DNA from: Candidatus Omnitrophota bacterium
GTDB lineage: Bacteria; Omnitrophota; Gorgyraeia; Zapsychrales; JANLHA01
DNA length: 64,000 nucleotides
Reading direction: 5' to 3'
Assembly: GCA_023247795.1 (NCBI GenBank)
Contig: JAHFFT010000008.1
Coordinates: 1,519 to 65,518 of the forward strand
The translations under genes and the position numbers were made by a program. The notes beneath the pieces are model-generated. The model had not been told where the DNA came from and did not search any database. It saw only the letters and a program-made list of their open reading frames with translations. The number at the start of each line of letters is the position of its first letter. The first letter of the stretch is position 1. Shown here piece by piece: positions 51,101 to 60,100 of the stretch.

Positions 51101-54100
51101 CCCACTCTTGGGACGGATATCTCTGGTCAGAGTGCAATTTCAATCCTAAAAATGTGTATGTAAAACTTCCCGGCAAATCAATTCGCAGTCTTTCATGATT
51201 GTTATGATTGATCAGAAATTTGGCGACGGCCTTTTCATCAATCGGATTGTTGGAAATCAATGTGAGCTTGGTTAGATTATCGAGTTTTACCAGCGCATAA
51301 ACAGCATCCAGGTCGTCAAAGGCGATCTCGACTTCTTTAAGCAATGTGAGTTTGGCAAAATCAAGTTGACGGAAGATATCGATATTCTTACTCGTGACTT
51401 TGACCCTTAAGCGTAGATATCCATCCTCAGGAGAAGTTGCGATAAGGTCCGGCGTAAAATATTCAAAATCTTTGCGAAATTTCTCTCGAAATTCCATCAG
51501 AATTTCAAATTGCTTGATTATCGGCAATTCTGCTCCTGCAACCTCTGATATTGGTGGTTCCACGGGAGCGACCGGTTCTTCCGTCTCCGATCTCTGCTCC
51601 GCAACTGGCCCCGTTGCCGCCCCTTGTTCTATCGCCTTCAAACACTCCCGATAATCTGTAAAGACCGTGCCATCGGGCATGGTGATGCGCAGACTGGGAG
51701 CATCGGTCGGGTTTAAACCATTGATAAATCCTTTGATCTCCTGCTCAGCTAAAGGAGATCCTGATTGAAAGGCCACATCAACATAACCTTCACTCGGAGA
51801 AGCAAAAATTCTAACATTTTCTACGTTTTTCATACCGCCACCATCTTTTTTCCCCTTAAAATACCACTTCACTGCCTGAGTATCCTGCTGAAATTCTTCT
51901 TCGATCTCTTTCTTGTGTTCTTCATAATAGGTGGACATTTCTTCCTTCATAATGTGCCTACTCTTGCTAGTGCCGATTATTGCTTCGGTAATAACTATAA
52001 TTGGCCTATGGAATGCCGGATAACGGGTCCATAACTGCCAGACCTGTTTTACCGGCACATCTGAATTGATTCTAAGGGCTTTTATCGGATGTCCAAATAA
52101 TGGGGTGATATTTGTAACCCCCGTTCCCAAAATATCCACGCTTGCATCGTTAAGATTTAAATTTTCTAAAATGGAAATATCATTAAAATCAGGATCTTTC
52201 CCAAAATATAACCTGACCCCACCTTTATGCGCATTCAGCTTTGCAAGCTCAGTAAGGTCCAATTTGCTGGGATAACGAATATCGATCGCGCTGACATAAC
52301 TTAATCGATAGAGTGGCGTCAAATCCGGCAAACTGCCCTTTTCTAAATCAACTTGAATCTTTATGCCTTTCAGATCATGTTCAACCTTAATCGCGCCGCG
52401 AGGAAATCCAGATATTTTATCAAGCTCTTCTTGAGCAATTTTGAATTGTTGGTCTATGGCTTTAACGATCTCATCATCAACCCACGTTGGTAATACGTGT
52501 TGAAATGGACCATCTAATTTACTCAATCCCTCATGTTTAATTTCTTGCCCCCCATTCAATACGATTCCCAATGCCTCATGATTGTTATGGTTAACAAGCA
52601 GATTAACGACAGCCTTCTCAGCCGACTCATCAAGTGGATTCGCTGTCCTTAATCCAACTTTGGTTAAATTCTCCAATTTTAAAAATCTATCCACCACATC
52701 TTGAAAATTGTCGCAGCCAATCTTGACATGGGTCAACAATGTCAATTTTTCGAATTCCAAGTCTCGGAAAAGAGCTAAATTTTGTGGGGTCACTGTTGTG
52801 GCCAAATAAATCCCTTCCTCGTTGCTGACCCTAGCAACCATAGCATCCGGAAAGTCATTCTTGTGTTTCGTAATAAAGGACTGAAGATATGCCAACTGCC
52901 CTTCTCTCGTTGAAAAATCCCATGTGACTAGCGGGCTCACCGACTTCTTGGCTGACTCTTCCTTAACAGTCCCTAGCCCAGCTTCTCGTTCAATCGCCTT
53001 CAAACACTCCCGATAATCCGTAAACTCCCTGAGCTCGGTTATGGTCTCGAACTCGAGACGCAGGCTCGCCGCCACTGCCGGCCGCAGCCCCTTGATAAAA
53101 TTTTTAATGTTTGGATCATCTACGGGTAAAGAGCCAAAATATACGTCAACAAAAGCCTCATTTTCATTTAGCGAAACAGCGGTCAATGCTATGCCCCCGA
53201 GATGATTTTGTTCCAAAGCCATGTTCACTTCCAACCTATCATCCTCCAACTGTTGAGAAATCTTGTCCCGATAAGTATTAAGAAAACTAGAAAATTCACT
53301 CGAGCCGAAAGATAAATTCAATACTTGATTTAAAACCCGCATGGCCTGATCAGGGTGACGTATGTAGAATTGATAAACCTGTTTTTCCGAAATACCCGAC
53401 ACTTGATTCAGGTCAAGTACGGCTACCCAAGCCTTGCCAAACAAAGGAGAGATATCGGTCACTCCAGTACCGCTCAAATTGATACTGCTAAAGTCTTTTA
53501 AATCAAATTCGCTTAAAAAAGAAATATCCTGTAAATTTTTATCATAATCAAAATCCAACTGCATGGATTTTTTTGACCCGCTCAACTTTTGAAAATTGGC
53601 AAGATCCGTAAACCGGCTGATCTCGCTAAAAACTATGGTCTTGACATAATTCACCCGACAAATCGCGCTGAGATCCGGTAAAGGACCGGTAAAAGAATTG
53701 ACTGTTATGGCAATGCTGTTGCCATTATCGGTTAGTCTGGGAACGATTGTCCCGGCCGGCAGCTCCGTCATCCTGCTGATTATTTTTTTTACCTTTTCAA
53801 AATCCTCATTGACCGCGTCTTTAATCATGTCGTGAAACTCTTCATAATGAAGCAGTTCGGAAAAAATCAATTCCTCTCCAGAAGGTAAAATAATCTTGAG
53901 ATCTTCGTGATTCAAATGCCTGAATAAAAACCTTATCAGACCGCGCTTAATCCCTGGATCTAATTGAACAATAGGCTTAAATGTAAACTCCGTTAAATTT
54001 TCCAGTTTGAATAATTCAAAAAGTCCAACAAGTCCCTCACCCTCAAGTTCGACCTCTGTCACCATGGTGAGCTTTGCTAGATCTAATTTATTAAATGCTT

Positions 54101-57100
54101 TAAGGTGGTTATCTGTCGTTACTTTGATTTTCAAAAAAATAGAGTATCCAACGGGTTGGAAAACACGACCGTATTCAAAAATATCAAATATACTCTCACC
54201 AGATTTATCTTTATGCTGTTCATCAAAACGTTCTAAGAGATCGAGCTGTTGATTGAGGTCCAATTCCCCTTCAACGCTTTTCTGCTCAACACTCGTTTCC
54301 GCCGCCGTCACCGCTGGCGTTGGAATGGCCTCCTCTTCTCTAACCTCGACTGGGGCTTGCGCTTGTTTCTTTTCTTCTGACTCGCGGGCGGTTTCTTTAA
54401 AAGCAGCGGCGGTATACGCCGACGCCACTTGTTTTTGCAATTCCACAATATCAACCGCCTCATACGTTTTGTCGGGATTAGCGTCGCTCAAATTCTTTTC
54501 GATTTCTTCTTTGCTCTGTGCCGCCCCTTCCACAAACTCAATGCTGAATCCAAACTCCTGCAAGAGATAGATAAATTCCTTGCATATCGGACTGTTTTTG
54601 TATTTTTCAATTTCACCAAAAATCACGATTGTCTTTTTGATTTCCTGCGATTGCGGGGCCGATTTGATAAAGCATTGCGCGAAAGGAAAACCTTGTAAGA
54701 GCCGCTCAAGACTGGGCCTCCCATCCGCGCCGAACTCATCTGATTGCTGTGGGCGTCGATCAACATAGGAACTCTCTAAAATGGCCTGCAGCTCGCGGAC
54801 AATGTTATGGGACAACTGCTGCATTTTGGGATCACGCTGACTCGATTCCTGCTGCCCCCTCCGGTATGAAACCTTTTTGGTCACGATCACGGGGGATTTG
54901 GGTTTGACAATTTGGGGGTTAGCTTTTACTGGATCTGGATTAAATTGATAGACGTTGTGATAAGGAGTTTGAGGGGGTTTTATTTTTTCTGACTCAGCAT
55001 CCTCTCCATTATTTCCAAACCCTTTCTTAAATCGAAGACCCGCTGGCAAATTATGCAAAAACTCCAAATCTTCCTCAGTCAAAGGCTCTCTATTCTCGAC
55101 CTTCTTTTCCAATTTTATTAATTTCCTTCTTCTTCGCTGTCTTTCATTAGCTTTCTCCCGAAAATCCGCCTTCTTTTCGTCTGGAGTCATTTGCTTAAGC
55201 TCTGTCCTTCGCTCCTTTCTTAACTGCTTTCGAATTTCCTTCACAGTCTGCGGATCTTGAGCAAGTGCAAATCTTACCATCGCCAATCTCATTGACAATG
55301 CCTTTACCCAACTTTGAACAAATGCCTTTTCTACATTTTCCGTGACCCTGTCCTCATTAACCCTGCAAAACTTATTGATGAGCGGCACCAAGGATCGATA
55401 AGCCAATTGATCTTTTAAACGATGCTCCATAATCATAAGGTCTTTCTTAGTAACTCTTGTGTCTCTTGACATGAGATAGGCCCACATCTCTTCAAGCTGA
55501 TCAATGAGATACTCCATATCAGCCTTTCTAACCCATTCCTCCTCTTGTCTTATCTCAGTTTTCATCTGCTCACGCTTTTCTGGCGTTAAATCAGGGTCCC
55601 TGGTTATCGGTGTTTCCTCTTCGGTAAAGGTTGGATTTTCATGACCGCTTTCCAGACTGACTTCCAAATTCGCCATGGCGCGATCTCTTTCCTGTTGTTC
55701 CCTTTCAGGAGAGATAGGCAGTTTCGGCGGATCAGGGACCCGGTCCCCTTCAATCATCAACATCGTTTCCTGAATTTCTCTGATCAGATTTTCCGCCCGG
55801 TACGTCTGGAATTGGATTTCCTCTTCATCCAATTCACCCTCAAATGAGCCGCGCGGAAATGTCAGTTTTAATTCTGTCATGGTCTCAAAATGGTCGATCG
55901 CGAGACGAATGGGGTTGGATTCTTCGCCATAGATATGGGCTCCACCATCTTTGAATTCTAAATCTTTGGCAAAAATCAGGAACAGATCTTTAACGCTCAT
56001 AGGTTCACCGTGCTCATCATCCAAACCCTCCAGCAATCCTCGGGAAAAGACAAGCAGACAGAGTTGAAAAATCCGGCGATGATTAAGTGAATCATGAGGC
56101 CGAGTCATCCACTCCTTCAATTGCTTGGTATTACGATTGTAAACCATTGCCGCGAATTCTTTTTCAGCAGCCGATGGCTTTCCCAAATTCGTCCTTGGCA
56201 AATAATGACGCAACGCTTCTTCATAACGCACATCTTCGATATTTTTCAATAAAGGAACGACTTCCAGGCCAGCCTGGTACGGAGCCCACGGCTGGACATC
56301 GCGGTGTAGCAATCCTCTCATCGTTTCATACATAAATTTCTCAGTGAAATAAGGATCGCCAAACATATTGGCATACATGGCAATCTGAGAAGAAACTTCC
56401 CCATCTTCATCCTCCGAGACCAAAAATTCCCCGCCGGGGTGATCGGGTTTATTCGCGATGATCGCGAATTTCGGTTGTCCCAAAGCCGTAGGAATGAAAA
56501 ATCCAGCCAATCTTTCCAAAAATTCAGTATCATTGTATTCCTTCTCTTGGAATCGCGTTCGCTCTCGTTTAGGGGCGAGCGGAATTTTAAGAAATTTGGC
56601 GATATAGAGCGGACCGTAGGTATGGGCAATGAGACTTTCCGTTAGCGAATTACTTTGCCGGGCGAATTCAGCACTGCCCAAATTTTTATACTGCTCCAAA
56701 AGACTAGCCATGATGTAATCCAGTTCCCGAAACGTCGGGCGGTGCTTGACATCGGCGATGTTCGCCCGCAGCCAGACATACGTTTGTATGACATAATTGC
56801 AGGCCTCAAGCATGACCGGTCGATCTTTAGTCTCGCTGATTGAGTAATTGACCCAGCGTTCGGCCAATACCTTAAGTTCTTTTTGCGTGTAATCATAGAC
56901 CCGTCGATAAACTATGCGGTTCAATAATGCCGTTGAGAGCTGTTGGCGGCCGCTGAAATCCATGGAATTGATCGTGGCGAATACTAAAAAACCGGCGCCG
57001 GCTTCCCTGGTCACCTCATTGAGTTTTCCTTCCAAAAAATCCGTGGGCAATAAATTCATCTCGCGGATGATCACCACCGCCCCCTCTTGCCGGGCGCGCT

Positions 57101-60100
57101 CAATGACCTTGACCAAATAATCCGCGTTATCCGGCTGGGCGTTGATCACGTAAAACCGCTTTTGATTGATATCAGCGAGATTGATTGGGGTATTCGAATA
57201 TTGCACTTCCTGATATCCCTTCAACCTTAAGGCCTTGATCAGAGCAACGTCTTTAGCCCGGCCCGGCGCTCCGTCGGTAATCATCCCCATCTTGCCTTGA
57301 AGAACTTTTTGATTATTACTGACCGCATCGATGCGAACTTCCCGCAAATCAAGCATCGTCATCTCATCATGAATCATCAACGCGGTTGAGTCGGTCATGA
57401 TCAAGGGCTTGTCGCTATCATCGATCTTTAAAACCTCTCCGGTCTGGCGCATGACTTTCTCGATCATGGCCCCTTCTTGTTTTGTCAACATCTCAACCCC
57501 GTACTTTTGCGCCAAGATGTGATGCAGTGCCTCTCGCTCTTCCCTATTAAAACTTCCACCATAAATCTGCCAGGCCAGATCAATGACCTCATTTTCCGTC
57601 CACCCATTGGGATAAAGAAAATTGACCCGTTGGGCCAGGTCCTGGACTTCCCGCAAAGCGAAACCCAAATTAGGGTTCATTCGGTTGAACAAAAAATGCA
57701 GGTCTAAAATGAGTGTTTCCAATTGATCTTTCCAAAAAGTTTTTTCCGGAAGATACTCTTGTTCCCGCATAATTCTCTCAATATCAGAACGCTTAAACGG
57801 TTTAAAAAAAATCGTGACCATGTACTCATCAATCAACTCCTGAAGTTTTCTTCCGACGAGCGAATCCTGGTTTCCGGTAAAGATGATTTTTTTATCCTTC
57901 AGATCTTGGTACCGGCCGTCAAGATACATATGCGGATTTTTACTGAAAAAACCTCTCAGAAAATTCCAAAAATACGGTTCAGTCAAATTCGCTTCATCAA
58001 CGATCAGAATCCCTTTTTCTGATTTGGCCCACTTAGCAATGGCCTCGTCCACAATCGGATTCGATTCGTTATTCTTTTCGTCCTGCTGATAAACGCGGCG
58101 GCTGATCACGTGTTCTTCTTTGGCATCATTCCCAACCGTTAAACGAAATATTTCATTCGGCTGATAATTCTTTGCCGCCAAAATCTGGGCCAGATGACTC
58201 TTACCCGATGCTGGAGGACCTTGAAACATGACCGCGTTGTTGATGAATAAAGCAGCGCCGGCCATGCGCTCCCGGTATTCCCAGGTGTCTTCCCCCGCGT
58301 TGGTTTCGAAATCAATAGAAGGGACGACGGTTGCGCCAATGACTTCCTGCTCCCATTCATCTGTAGCCGCGTAAAGCGCGAATTTCTTTCGATAAAAATC
58401 AGCGTGCTCAGTATCGTTCCTATCATCAAAATGCTTGATCAAAGCGGTCCGGATCATTTTATGGACGGCCGCGCCAGTCGCCATTTGTGAATCGGTCCCT
58501 AACATTTTTTTAAATCCTCGCAAAAACTGCTCTATCTCGTCTGGATTTTGCGCGTCAAATTTCGGTGCCCTAAAATCGGTCCCAAGTTTTGCCTGGATTT
58601 GATTCAACAAATCGAGACTCAAGGTATCCACGAATTCCCAAAAATACCGGTCCCAGCGGACCGGATAAACGGTCTTTTGCAAAATCCGTTTGAGCCGTTT
58701 GCCGTGGAGGCTCTTTTCATTTCGCTTTTTGTCTCCATCCAAAGTGAACTCCCGCTCCTCAACGTCAAAAATCAAGCGGACCATGACCCGCATGTAAGAA
58801 ACAAGCTCTTGGTCCTCGGCAAATTTGGAAATGACCACTTGTTCAAAGGCTTCAAGCCAGGTATAACCTAGACCGACATATTTAAAAAGCAAACGAAGAC
58901 GGTAAAGATTGAAATTCACTTCTTCCCGGTTGATCCCATCCAGCTGGTTGAACATATCACGCAGTTTGATAATTTTCTGATAATCGCCTCGATTAAACGA
59001 TGCTTTTATTTCTTCGTCATCCTGCAGCATCATCTCCATCAGAGCGTCGTTGGGATTCATACTGACCTGATTGACCGCGGTTGAAGATTCCTGGGCCAGC
59101 GGCTTTTGCAGCACGATCAATCGACCAGGCAAATCCACCCTCATGCCATTGACCATGATATATGGATCTTCCTGCAAGGCTGATTCCAATCCCTGACAAA
59201 GCACTTTATTGTGCTCGGTACCGACCAAGACCACTGTTTTCCCTTGCAACAATTTTTCATAAATTTCTTGAGAGCTTGACGTGTACTTGCGTTTTCCCTC
59301 GGTCGAAGAAAAATCTGGAAACTCAAAGAGTTGATTAACGGTTGTCTCCGCCGTGACCGGATAAACCACAAATTCATCAGGATCATAGGAGGACTCAATC
59401 GTACGCAGCGCGAACTCCAGATCTTTTGATTCCACCAAAATCGATTTCTTTTCTTTCACGTCTTCCCATTCGCTCAATTTACGTTCATTGCTTTGGGTCT
59501 TAAGGGCCTTGGAACGAAGCTTGAGATACGCCTTCGGCACCGGCACCCAGGGCGCTACTTCGATGATTATATTCCCATCAGTGTGCATGATCGCGTGCCA
59601 GACCCAATCGTCGAGATGGCTGGTCACGGCCAAACGCACCCGCTGATTTTTTAACTGTTTCGGAGTCTTCAACAGATCCAAAATTCCGGCTTGACGGGTC
59701 AGTTGATTCTCTTCTCTGACGTTATCAATGTGATTGCGTTTAAAAAGAAAATCCTGCGTTTGCTTGTTGATGATCCAGACCTGATCTCCTTCGTCTGGCA
59801 TTTCTTTCCAGGCGACAAGCTTTTTTTGACTGACACCTTTACTAAAATCAACATCCTCACGGTAAATCTTTACCCCATCTGGGATCACAATCGTTTCCAT
59901 GTTGAATTCCTGCGCCGGATTTTCAATGAATTGCCGGATCAAGTCCCGGAACGAAGGATCTTTAAAATCACCACCCCGCAAAACAATCGCGGTGTCCTTC
60001 TTCGCGTTATTGAGCTGCCCTGGGATGACTAGAATTTCGCCGTTGGGACCAATATCATAAGTCCCGAGCAAAAGTTCACGGGCAAAAGGGGTTTCATTCA

